NCBI RefSeq assembly: GCF_025643275.1
Contig: NZ_CP089977.1
Span: 1,200,001-1,232,000, forward strand
DNA: 32,000 nucleotides
Reading direction: 5' to 3'
Origin: Moraxella nasicaprae
GTDB taxonomy: Bacteria; Pseudomonadota; Gammaproteobacteria; Pseudomonadales; Moraxellaceae
Positions 16,227 to 23,955 of the stretch are shown piece by piece. Made by a program: the position numbers and the translations under genes. The notes under the pieces were generated by a model, which saw only the letters and a program-made list of their open reading frames with translations, had not been told where the DNA came from and ran no database searches. How positions within the stretch are numbered: position 1 is the first letter of the stretch; the number at the start of each line of letters is the position of its first letter.

Positions 16227-16784
16227 TTAGCACCCAATATGCAGATGCAGATAAGTACCTTCTTTGCCCCGTGAAAAGCTGGCACTGGTTTCATTATCGC
16301 AAACATTGTCTTCAGTGCTAAATTTGATATGACGGTTTAAATGGCGATATTGGGCGTTGGTCATTGGAGCAAATTTAACCCCAAAACCCACACCGCCACA
16401 TTCAAAACAATAATATTCATAATAAAATTCACTAATCGGCAACCCATATAAAGTCGCATTTTTTAAAGGAATGATGGCTTGCAGAACAATGTCTTGATTG
16501 GGGTTTTTGTACACTTTGGCAGGTGAAAGGTCGGCACGGTAAGGGGCTTGGATTGGATAATTGCCTTTTTGGGCGTATTTGGTTAAGGGATTGATTTTTT
16601 TATAATTATTAGAATGGATATCATCTACAAAAATATTACTCATTAGCTTATCAATCAAAACCCCATCATCGCCTGTTTTGCCCTGCTCCAAATATTCAAA
16701 AGCAGGTGTCCAGTCGGCACTATGGGCAAGGTTGGGTGTAATAAGGACAATGGATAAAGCAAGTGGGGCGAGTAGGGATTTCAT
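16227..16784 (-). CDS. Secreted/periplasmic protein of unknown function with a CxxC motif
   Basis: 185 aa. Sec signal peptide MKSLLAPLALSIVLITPNLAHS|AD and four Cys, including CFEC; the C-terminus is HLHIGC. AGGAT lies 6 nt upstream of the ATG. The stop is 4 nt before the dusC ATG. It is visibly more AT-rich than its neighbours. Confidence 0.7.
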   Translation of the reverse strand: MKSLLAPLALSIVLITPNLAHSADWTPAFEYLEQGKTGDDGVLIDKLMSNIFVDDIHSNNYKKINPLTKYAQKGNYPIQAPYRADLSPAKVYKNPNQDIVLQAIIPLKNATLYGLPISEFYYEYYCFECGGVGFGVKFAPMTNAQYRHLNRHIKFSTEDNVCDNETSASFSRGKEGTYLHLHIGC

Positions 16785-16800
16785 AAATATATCCTAAGTG

Positions 16801-16819
16801 GCTAATGATAATGATTTTA
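16801..16819. promoter_or_regulatory. Candidate Fur box
   Basis: GCTAATGATAATGATTTTA matches GATAATGATAATCATTATC at 15/19 positions. It lies 17-35 bp upstream of ATG 16784 and overlaps a weak promoter candidate on the minus strand (TTGGTA-17 nt-CATTAT; -10 at 16808-16813, -35 at 16831-16836). Confidence 0.5.
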
Positions 16820-16836
16820 TTCACAAATTTTACCAA

Positions 16837-16850
16837 ATTCTGTGCAGAAT
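16837..16850. promoter_or_regulatory. Perfect 14-bp palindrome (possible operator)
   Basis: ATTCTG-TG-CAGAAT, located between the two promoter candidates upstream of the 16227-16784 gene. Confidence 0.3.
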
Positions 16851-16871
16851 GTCCCATTTTTTACCCAATTG

Positions 16872-16901
16872 AGTATAGAAAAATGATGGGCAATGTGTCA
16901 A
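16872..16901 (-). promoter_or_regulatory. Sigma70-type promoter candidate (P1) for the secreted-protein/dusC unit
   Basis: On the minus strand, TTGACA (16901-16896), an 18-nt spacer, then TATACT (16877-16872). The -35 hexamer is consensus and the -10 matches 5 of 6. Confidence 0.45.
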
Positions 16902-16945
16902 ATTTTGATGACAACCACAAACAAGAAAGGGATTGTTGCTAGCCA

Positions 16946-18460
16946 TTACCCCAAAACCACCTTTTTTCTTTGTAAACCATCTAATAAATCATCAATGTGG
17001 TGTGTATCAAGCACCGCCTTGCCACGAGTGCATGCCACATAGAGCAGACGCAATTCTTCTGGGCTGATTTTGACGCTTTGGTGTGTCACATCATACAAAA
17101 AATCATCGCTAATCTGCACGCTATTCCATTCTAGCCCTTTGGCTTTATGAGCGGTGGTGATGATGTAGTCGGCATTTTGGGGTGGTGTGAGTTTTTCTAG
17201 GGTGTGCTGCAAGGTTTTGGTGCCATGTTCGTCAATGAGCTTCACCCAAGTTTTTAAATCACCGCCTTCACCTGTCTCACTAAATTCTTGCACTTCGCCC
17301 CAATGCCCAAAAAAAGCCAGCTCGGCAATACCATAGGCGGACTTACCATTTTTGAGATTTTCTGCCCCCTGACAAAATCTGAGTATTCTTTGGGTGTCGG
17401 CTTGTAGGGCGACCTTATGACCCAGTTTTAGACCAAGTAATAGCTCACTCATGGCGTTAGCATTGGTGCGACATAAGATGGCGTCTTTTTTGCCATGAAC
17501 CAGACTTTTGGCGATGGTAGAATGTTGATTGGGGTTGCCTTTGAGTGGTATGGTTTCTTGTAAGGCGGTCAAAAATACATTGGCAATCTGAGCAATCGGC
17601 TCGCCAAAACGAAAAGACTGAGTCAGCAGTGTCTGCGGATAAGGCAGTCTTTTCATGGCGTTTAATGCACCACGCCATTCATAAATCTGCTGATGAGCAT
17701 CGCCCACATAGATGGTTTGTTTGTCTTGGCGAATCAATGCTCCCATCATCAAAGGGTCGGCATCTTGGGCTTCATCAAACAGCACAAAATCGGCTGGAAT
17801 GATGGGATTGGAGAGTGTCCATAGTTTTAGATAGACATCGTGGCTGATGCCTGATTGATGGCGTGGGTCAATGGATTGTAGCCAGCGTCTTTCAAAAGCA
17901 GGATACAGATATTCTTGCAGGCGAGCGGCATCGGCAGCATCAAGCCAGCTTGGTACATTGATGTGTCGTGGGGCAGGATAGGCTGATGAGGTTTTGCAAA
18001 AATTGGTCATTGCCGCGCTGATGATACCGCCTAATTTGGCAGGGGTTAGCATGACGGGTTTTTTGATGCCATCAACCAAGCGTTCAACAGCAATGCCCTG
18101 AACTCCAAGCTCTTCGGCAAGGCGAGCTGGGGTTAGGCGTGGCAAAGAGACTTTGGCGGTGATGTCTCTTGACACATGGCGAAATGCCAGCGAATGAAAA
18201 GTTTGGCAACGCACATTGGGCGGAAATTTGCCCTGAGCCTCATTGGCGATGGCTTTATTAAATGCCAAATACAGTCCACGACCACGCAGATTTTCGCTGA
18301 TGAGTTTTAGGGTGGTGGTTTTGCCAGCCCCTGCATACGCCACGATTTTGAACGATTGTCCAGTCCTTGCCATATCAAGAGCGGCAAGCTGCTCATCGGT
18401 CGGTGTGGGGCGTGCCTGTGCGATTGGGTTGCTTGGTGGCAAAAAATTAGGCTCGGTCAT
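16946..18460 (-). CDS. Compact SF1 (UvrD/Rep-like) DNA helicase
   Basis: 504 aa. All core motifs are visible: I AYAGAGKTTTL, Ia QTFHSLA, II LFDEAQD, III VGDAHQQIYEWRGA, V TAHKAKGLEW, VI LLYVACTRG. No additional nuclease or other recognisable domain. Confidence 0.88.
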   Translation of the reverse strand: MTEPNFLPPSNPIAQARPTPTDEQLAALDMARTGQSFKIVAYAGAGKTTTLKLISENLRGRGLYLAFNKAIANEAQGKFPPNVRCQTFHSLAFRHVSRDITAKVSLPRLTPARLAEELGVQGIAVERLVDGIKKPVMLTPAKLGGIISAAMTNFCKTSSAYPAPRHINVPSWLDAADAARLQEYLYPAFERRWLQSIDPRHQSGISHDVYLKLWTLSNPIIPADFVLFDEAQDADPLMMGALIRQDKQTIYVGDAHQQIYEWRGALNAMKRLPYPQTLLTQSFRFGEPIAQIANVFLTALQETIPLKGNPNQHSTIAKSLVHGKKDAILCRTNANAMSELLLGLKLGHKVALQADTQRILRFCQGAENLKNGKSAYGIAELAFFGHWGEVQEFSETGEGGDLKTWVKLIDEHGTKTLQHTLEKLTPPQNADYIITTAHKAKGLEWNSVQISDDFLYDVTHQSVKISPEELRLLYVACTRGKAVLDTHHIDDLLDGLQRKKVVLG

Positions 18461-18488
18461 TGTGATTGCTAAACGAAAAAAACAGCCA

Positions 18489-18497
18489 ATTATAGCA
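18489..18497 (-). promoter_or_regulatory. Extended -10 promoter candidate for the helicase gene
   Basis: The minus strand reads TGCTATAAT (TGnTATAAT), about 30 nt upstream of ATG 18460. There is no convincing -35. Confidence 0.3.
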
Positions 18498-18523
18498 CAA
18501 GCTGATGGTAAATTTTGATGCTT

Positions 18524-19366
18524 TTAAAACAAAAATAGCCGTGCAATCGCCACCAATGCCAGAACGATGCCAAAGGCGTTGATGATGCTGATTTTTTCTC
18601 GAAATAGCCACAGTCCTGTCATGGTTCCGACAACAATCACACCCATATTCATGCCAGCAAAGACCAAAGTGGGCGTGTCGCTCATGGCTTTATGGGCGTT
18701 GATATAGGTATAAATATTGGTAAAGTTGAGCAGCCCAAGCAATAAACCGCCCAGCAAACTGATGGTGCGTGGTTTGATTTTTTTGATGAACAGGTACGCC
18801 AGCATGAATAGGCAAGCCAGTCCAAAACTGATGATGAGATTACCAGCCGTTGCACCGCCTAATTTGCTCAGCTGTTTGAGTAGCACATCGATGACGCCAT
18901 AGCCAACAAAGACGCCAATCAGCCATAATGTGGCGAATCGTTGAGCTGGCTGATTGGTGCGATAAGGCTTATATAGCAGGCAACCCATTGCCAAAAATAC
19001 CAGCACCAAAGCGATGAGTTTTGAGGAAGTTAAATCCTCGCCAAACAGGGTAAATGAAGCCATGATGGGAATGATGAGTGCTAGACGCTGTGCGGTGTCA
19101 GATTTGACGATGCCAGCCGCTTGCACCGCCTTACCCATCACCAAAAAGATGCTAGGCAATAGCACACCAAGTGCCACAAAAATGGGCAATCCTTGTGCCA
19201 AAATGTGCGTGTCAATGCTGGGTTTGAGCAGCCATAAGGTCAGCACGATACAGACGATATAGTTGGTCATGATGGCGGTGGCAAGGTCGATGTCTTTGGT
19301 TTTGGCAATTTTGAGCAATACTGACACCAAAACACTACAAATGACGCTAATGGCTAAAAATCCCAC
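18524..19366 (-). CDS. Ten-TM membrane transporter, DMT/EamA-like
   Basis: 280 aa with a GTG start and GGAGA 7 nt upstream. Two five-helix halves. The family call rests on topology and size only. Confidence 0.75.
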   Translation of the reverse strand: MGFLAISVICSVLVSVLLKIAKTKDIDLATAIMTNYIVCIVLTLWLLKPSIDTHILAQGLPIFVALGVLLPSIFLVMGKAVQAAGIVKSDTAQRLALIIPIMASFTLFGEDLTSSKLIALVLVFLAMGCLLYKPYRTNQPAQRFATLWLIGVFVGYGVIDVLLKQLSKLGGATAGNLIISFGLACLFMLAYLFIKKIKPRTISLLGGLLLGLLNFTNIYTYINAHKAMSDTPTLVFAGMNMGVIVVGTMTGLWLFREKISIINAFGIVLALVAIARLFLF

Positions 19367-19490
19367 AATAATATCTCCAATGATTTTTGTACAATTGTAC
19401 GCTCAATTTTTTGGGAAAGCAAAGTTTTTTGTGATGGGTTTGGCATTGATGATTAGAATGTGTGATTACCAGCCAGAGTCAATGAGGTCA

Positions 19491-19527
19491 TAAAAAATCT
19501 CCAAAGACCAATGATGTCTTTGGAGAT
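19491..19527 (-). terminator. Rho-independent terminator after the MliC gene
   Basis: Perfect 12-bp stem ATCTCCAAAGAC / GTCTTTGGAGAT with a 7-nt loop and a T6 run on the minus strand. Confidence 0.8.
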
Positions 19528-19545
19528 GTATGTCAGCGATGATGC

Positions 19546-19929
19546 TTAGCCAAGTCGGCAGACGGTTTCGCCACGATTGCCGTGTGTGCCTACATAGCCA
19601 AAATATGCCTCACCGCCTTTGGTGTGCCATTCTCCGCCAGCACCAAACAAGCCTTGATTGGCGATGTAGCGATTGCCTGATGCAGCAGGTGCAATCGACA
19701 TGATGGCACGATAATCTTGCACGATGAGTTCTAGCTTGTCATCAGCGATGTTTTTGGTATAGACAGTCAGACCGTTATCGCAATCATATTTTTGCGTTTG
19801 GGTGGTGTGTGCTGTCTGAACAGACTGAGCCAATGTGCCAGATTGAGTTGAAGTCGGTGTGGTGGTCGGTTGGCTGGCACAGGCTGTTAATGCCAAAGCA
19901 GCCGCCATCAGTGATATAGACTTTTTCAT
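19546..19929 (-). CDS. mliC: MliC-family lipoprotein (membrane-bound inhibitor of C-type lysozyme)
   Basis: I prefer the start at ATG 19929 (MKKSISLMAAALALTAC lipobox). MliC-like core: YDCDNGLTV...AASGNRY...WHTKGGEA...ETVC, with two conserved Cys. Confidence 0.8.
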   Translation of the reverse strand: MKKSISLMAAALALTACASQPTTTPTSTQSGTLAQSVQTAHTTQTQKYDCDNGLTVYTKNIADDKLELIVQDYRAIMSIAPAASGNRYIANQGLFGAGGEWHTKGGEAYFGYVGTHGNRGETVCRLG

Positions 19930-20071
19930 GATAATCCTATCGTCAGTTGAGTTGGTATTTGATACAGTATAATATATTTTTGAGTGTAGTACAACCATTC
20001 GTATTTTCTGGCGTTTAGTGATTTTTACAATAAGATTATTAGTTTTTATGAATTTTTAGAATGAATAAATA

Positions 20072-20080
20072 TGCTATAAT
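20072..20080 (+). promoter_or_regulatory. Extended -10 promoter candidate
   Basis: TGCTATAAT on the plus strand in the divergent gap. It would give a leader of about 150 nt before ATG 20239. Confidence 0.3.
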
Positions 20081-20238
20081 CCTTGGTTGCTTAGCGACTG
20101 ATGTTGGTCAATGTTGAAATGAGAGTTTGCCAGTAAGCGGTAATTTTTTATTTCAAAGTTGTCCATTTTGTTATGTAAAAATGATGATGCCCCACCGTAT
20201 TGCGGGAAGCAATCTGGGGTCGATTGGATTGATAGCCC

Positions 20239-21930
20239 ATGCCAAATACCAACACAAATATTGCTCAAAAGCCATCAAGCGATACTTCGTCCAATTATTT
20301 CTTTTTAATCATGCCCAGATTTTTCTTATTTTGGGTGTGTATTGCCATTGTACCGATTTCCTATTTTTTTAAAATTTGGTGGTTGTTTGGCATTGCCGTT
20401 TGTTTGACGATTTTGGGCATTTATAACATCAATCAAAAACGCCATTCTGTATTACGAAACTACCCCATTAGTGGGCATTTTCGTTTTTTGTTTGAAAATT
20501 TTCGTCCAGAAATTCGCCAGTATTTTTTGGAAGACGACCACGAAGAGGTGCCGTTTTCTCGTCAGCAGCGTTCTATTGTTTATCAGCGAGCCAAAAATTT
20601 GGATAGTACAACCGCCTTTGGTTCTATCGTAGATTTAAAGCGAGATGGGGCGGAATGGTTTTTGCATTCTGGTAACAGCAAAAGCATTAAAGATTATAAA
20701 TTTAAGGTTAAAATTGGCGGTAAAGATTGCCAAAAGCCTTATGAAATGTCGATATTTAACATTTCGGCAATGAGCTTTGGGGCGTTGTCGGCAGCCGCTA
20801 TTGAAGCCTTGAACAAGGGAGCAAAAGAAGGCGAGTTTGCCCACGATACAGGCGAGGGTAGTATCAGCCCCTATCATCAAAAGCATGGAGGTGATTTGAT
20901 TTGGGAGCTTGGCACAGCGTATTTTGGTTGCCGAGATGACAATGGGCGATTTAACCCAGAGACTTTTAAACAACGAGCTACGCTTGACCAAGTTAAGATG
21001 ATTGAAATCAAGCTAAGTCAAGGAGCCAAGCCTGGTAAGGGTGGGGTGCTACCTGCGTCCAAAATCACCGAAGAAATCGCCAAAACTCGTGATATTCCAA
21101 TGGGCATCGATTGTATCAGTCCTGCCACGCACCCAGAGTTTAGCACACCAAGAGAGCTGGTCAAATTCTGGCAAAAACTACGAGAACTGTCTGGCGGTAA
21201 GCCTGTTGGCTTTAAGCTGTGCATTGGTATGCCGTGGGAGTTTATGGCGATTGTTAAGGCGATGATTGAAGAAGATGATTATCCTGATTTTATTGTCGTG
21301 GACGGTGCGGAGGGTGGTACGGGTGCTGCCCCTGTGGAGTTTATGGACACGGTGGGCATGCCGCTGATTGATGCCTTGATTTTTGTACAAAATACCCTTG
21401 TGGGGGCTGGCATTCGTGATAAAATTCGTGTTGGCGTGTCGGGTAAAATCATCACAGGCTTTGACATTGCCAAGATGATGGCGATTGGGGCGGATTGGTG
21501 TAATTCAGCTCGTGGCTTTATGTTTGCGGTGGGCTGTATCCAGTCTCGCTCTTGTCATACCAACAAATGTCCTGTTGGGGTTGCTACCCAAGACCCCGCC
21601 CGCCAAAAAGCCCTTGATGTGCCAGATAAGGCAACTCGTGTCAAAAATTTCCACGCCAATACTTTAAAGGCATTGGCGGACATTGTTGGCTGTGCAGGGC
21701 TTGACCACCCAACTCAGTTAAAGGCACACCATATCGTTCGCCGTCAGCCTGATGGTTGGATTAAACTGTTGTCAGAACACTATCAATTTATTGCGAACGG
21801 TTCGCTACTGACAGGCGATTGTGGGCGAAAGGTGCTTGATGATATGTGGCGACTGGCCGACCCTGATAGCTTTCAAGCGATGGCGATTGCTGATGAAATC
21901 GTCCAAAAAGAAAATGAGCGAAATCGCTAA
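20239..21930 (+). CDS. FMN-binding glutamate synthase family protein (GltB FMN-domain only, N-terminal membrane anchor)
   Basis: Two N-terminal TM helices, then a GltS FMN-domain signature (ISAMSFGALS, KLSQGAKPGKGGVLP, VVDGAEGGTGAAP, the cluster C..SR.CHTNKCPVGVATQ). The alternative start at ATG 20311 (MPRFFLF...) gives a more typical 539 aa. Confidence 0.88.
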   Translation: MPNTNTNIAQKPSSDTSSNYFFLIMPRFFLFWVCIAIVPISYFFKIWWLFGIAVCLTILGIYNINQKRHSVLRNYPISGHFRFLFENFRPEIRQYFLEDDHEEVPFSRQQRSIVYQRAKNLDSTTAFGSIVDLKRDGAEWFLHSGNSKSIKDYKFKVKIGGKDCQKPYEMSIFNISAMSFGALSAAAIEALNKGAKEGEFAHDTGEGSISPYHQKHGGDLIWELGTAYFGCRDDNGRFNPETFKQRATLDQVKMIEIKLSQGAKPGKGGVLPASKITEEIAKTRDIPMGIDCISPATHPEFSTPRELVKFWQKLRELSGGKPVGFKLCIGMPWEFMAIVKAMIEEDDYPDFIVVDGAEGGTGAAPVEFMDTVGMPLIDALIFVQNTLVGAGIRDKIRVGVSGKIITGFDIAKMMAIGADWCNSARGFMFAVGCIQSRSCHTNKCPVGVATQDPARQKALDVPDKATRVKNFHANTLKALADIVGCAGLDHPTQLKAHHIVRRQPDGWIKLLSEHYQFIANGSLLTGDCGRKVLDDMWRLADPDSFQAMAIADEIVQKENERNR

Positions 21931-21944
21931 GTTTCATATGGAAC

Positions 21945-21976
21945 AAAAAATCCCCAAGTTTGATTGGGGATTTTTT
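21945..21976. terminator. Bidirectional terminator between convergent genes
   Basis: AAAAAATCCCCA-8 nt-TGGGGATTTTTT, a perfect stem with A and T runs on either side. Confidence 0.8.
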
Positions 21977-21985
21977 GTTGATGGA

Positions 21986-23497
21986 TTAGAAGAAACCTAA
22001 TGCCTTGCCACTATAACTGACGAGCAAATTTTTGGTTTGTTGATAATGTGCCAACATCATTTTGTGTGTCTCACGCCCAATGCCTGATTTTTTGTAACCG
22101 CCAAAGGCTGCGTGAGCAGGATAGATGTGATAGCAGTTTGTCCAGACACGCCCTGCTTGAATGGCTCGCCCTGCACGATAGGCAATGCTACCATCACGAC
22201 TCCAAACACCTGCACCTAATCCATACATGGTATCGTTAGCGATGCTGATGGCTTCATCAAAGTCTTTAAAGGTGGTGACTGATAGCACAGGCCCAAAAAT
22301 CTCTTCTTGGAAGATTGTCATTGAGTTATCGCCCTGAAAAATGGTGGGCTCGATATAAAATCCTCCATCAATTTCTTGGCGTGCCTCTCCACCTGTTAGA
22401 ATTTTAGCACCTTCTGCTTTGCCTTTGGCGATACAGCCTAAAATTTTATCTTGTTGTTCTTGGCTGGCCTGAGCACCAATCATGGTGTTGGTATCCAGAG
22501 GGTGTCCTGTTTTGATGCTTTTAACTCGCTCCACCGCTTTTTTCAAAAATGCTTCGGCAATCGATTCATGAACTAAGGCACGAGATGGACAGGTGCATAC
22601 CTCGCCTTGATTGAGGGCGAACATGGCAAAGCCTTCTAGTGCTTTATCCAAAAATTCGTCATCTTTGTCCATCACATCGGCAAAGAAGATATTGGGCGAT
22701 TTGCCACCAAGCTCCAAAGTTACAGGAATGATGTTTTTGGTGGCGTATTCCATCACTTTTTGACCAATTTCGGTAGAGCCTGTGAACGCCACTTTGCCAA
22801 TGCGAGGGCTGGTTGCCAAAGGCTGACCAACTTCTGGACCAAAACCATTGACGATGTTTAGCACCCCCGCAGGCAATAAGTCAGCAATCAGCTCAACCAA
22901 AACCATGATACTGGCAGGGGTTTGTTCGGCAGGTTTTAGCACGATGCAATTACCTGCCGCTAATGCAGGGGCGATTTTCCATGCTGCCATCAAAATTGGG
23001 AAGTTCCAAGGAATAATCTGCCCAACCACACCGATTGGTTCATGAAAATGATAGGCGACCGTGTCTTCGTCAATTTGGCTGATGCTGCCTTCTTGGGCAC
23101 GAATGCAGCCAGCAAAATAGCGAAAATGGTCAATGGCAAGAGGAATGTCAGCCGCCAGTGTTTCACGAATGGGCTTGCCATTTTCCCATGTTTCTGCCAC
23201 AGCCAGCAGTTCTAGGTTTTCTTCTAGGCGGTCGGCAATTTTGAGCAAGATATTTGAGCGTTCTGTGGCAGAAGTTTTGCCCCAGCTGGCAAATGCCTCA
23301 TGAGCTGCATCTAGTGCCAGCTCAATGTCTTGATGTGTTGATTTGGCGACTTTGGTAAAGGGTTTGCCATCTACGGGCGAAATATCATCAAAATACTCAC
23401 CATTGATGGGTGCAATCCATTTTCCACCAATAAAATTATCGTATTTTTCTTTGAAGTTGATTTTGGCACCATCGGTATTGGGATTGGCGTAACGCAT
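21986..23497 (-). CDS. NAD(P)-dependent aldehyde dehydrogenase (503 aa, AcoD/ExaC-like)
   Basis: MRYANPNT...[11 protein letters not shown]-terminus, catalytic LELGGKSP and [11 protein letters not shown] motifs, and [12 protein letters not shown] near the C-terminus. The start at ATG 23497 has AAGGAG 7 nt upstream. The track's longer ORF to 23674 has no support. Confidence 0.93.
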   Translation of the reverse strand: MRYANPNTDGAKINFKEKYDNFIGGKWIAPINGEYFDDISPVDGKPFTKVAKSTHQDIELALDAAHEAFASWGKTSATERSNILLKIADRLEENLELLAVAETWENGKPIRETLAADIPLAIDHFRYFAGCIRAQEGSISQIDEDTVAYHFHEPIGVVGQIIPWNFPILMAAWKIAPALAAGNCIVLKPAEQTPASIMVLVELIADLLPAGVLNIVNGFGPEVGQPLATSPRIGKVAFTGSTEIGQKVMEYATKNIIPVTLELGGKSPNIFFADVMDKDDEFLDKALEGFAMFALNQGEVCTCPSRALVHESIAEAFLKKAVERVKSIKTGHPLDTNTMIGAQASQEQQDKILGCIAKGKAEGAKILTGGEARQEIDGGFYIEPTIFQGDNSMTIFQEEIFGPVLSVTTFKDFDEAISIANDTMYGLGAGVWSRDGSIAYRAGRAIQAGRVWTNCYHIYPAHAAFGGYKKSGIGRETHKMMLAHYQQTKNLLVSYSGKALGFF

Positions 23498-23955
23498 CAC
23501 ATGACTCCTTGTTTGTCGTTTCGTATTGCCACAGGACACAAAATCTAATCGATGGACATTCCTTGATACCACTGAGGACTGCACAACAAAAAAGATTGTG
23601 CACAGGTGGACACTTTTATAATGCACCAAAACGATGGGCATGGCAAATGGTATTTTGCCATCAATTTGTTTCAAAATATGTCAAAAACACCACCGTGAAC
23701 CATGCCGCATTATCATTAAAAAAATCATAATAAAACCTTTGTTGTTTTGATAAAATTTATCATTCGGTATCCAAGCCGTGATTTTTGGGGAAAATTTATT
23801 GGATTTTGGGCGGTTTGGCGGTTTGTAACTTGTTATCTGGGCGTAAATGGCGTAAACTATGTAATGATGCGTTTATCTGACGCAAAGCCATGCCGTTTTT
23901 AGATGAATTTGGTTCGGCTGGCACTTTGGATTTTTGACTAACATGGCGAAAGACA

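Noticed and set aside
16223-16306. N-terminal extension of the dusC ORF (track start 16306)
   Set aside because: The extension overlaps the 3' end of the upstream secreted-protein gene in another frame. It adds a hydrophobic peptide absent from DusC. Homology begins right after ATG 16222.
19930-19998. Upstream extension of the MliC ORF
   Set aside because: The lipoprotein signal peptide starts at the internal MKK (19929). The extension would bury the signal peptide.
20127-20372. 81-aa plus-strand ORF overlapping the start of the FMN glutamate-synthase-family gene
   Set aside because: It is out of frame with a confidently assigned gene, and its product is Phe/Leu/Cys-rich nonsense.
23498-23674. 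59-codon N-terminal extension of the aldehyde dehydrogenase ORF
   Set aside because: The canonical MRYANPNT... N-terminus starts at 23497 with AAGGAG 7 nt upstream. The extension has no similarity to the family.
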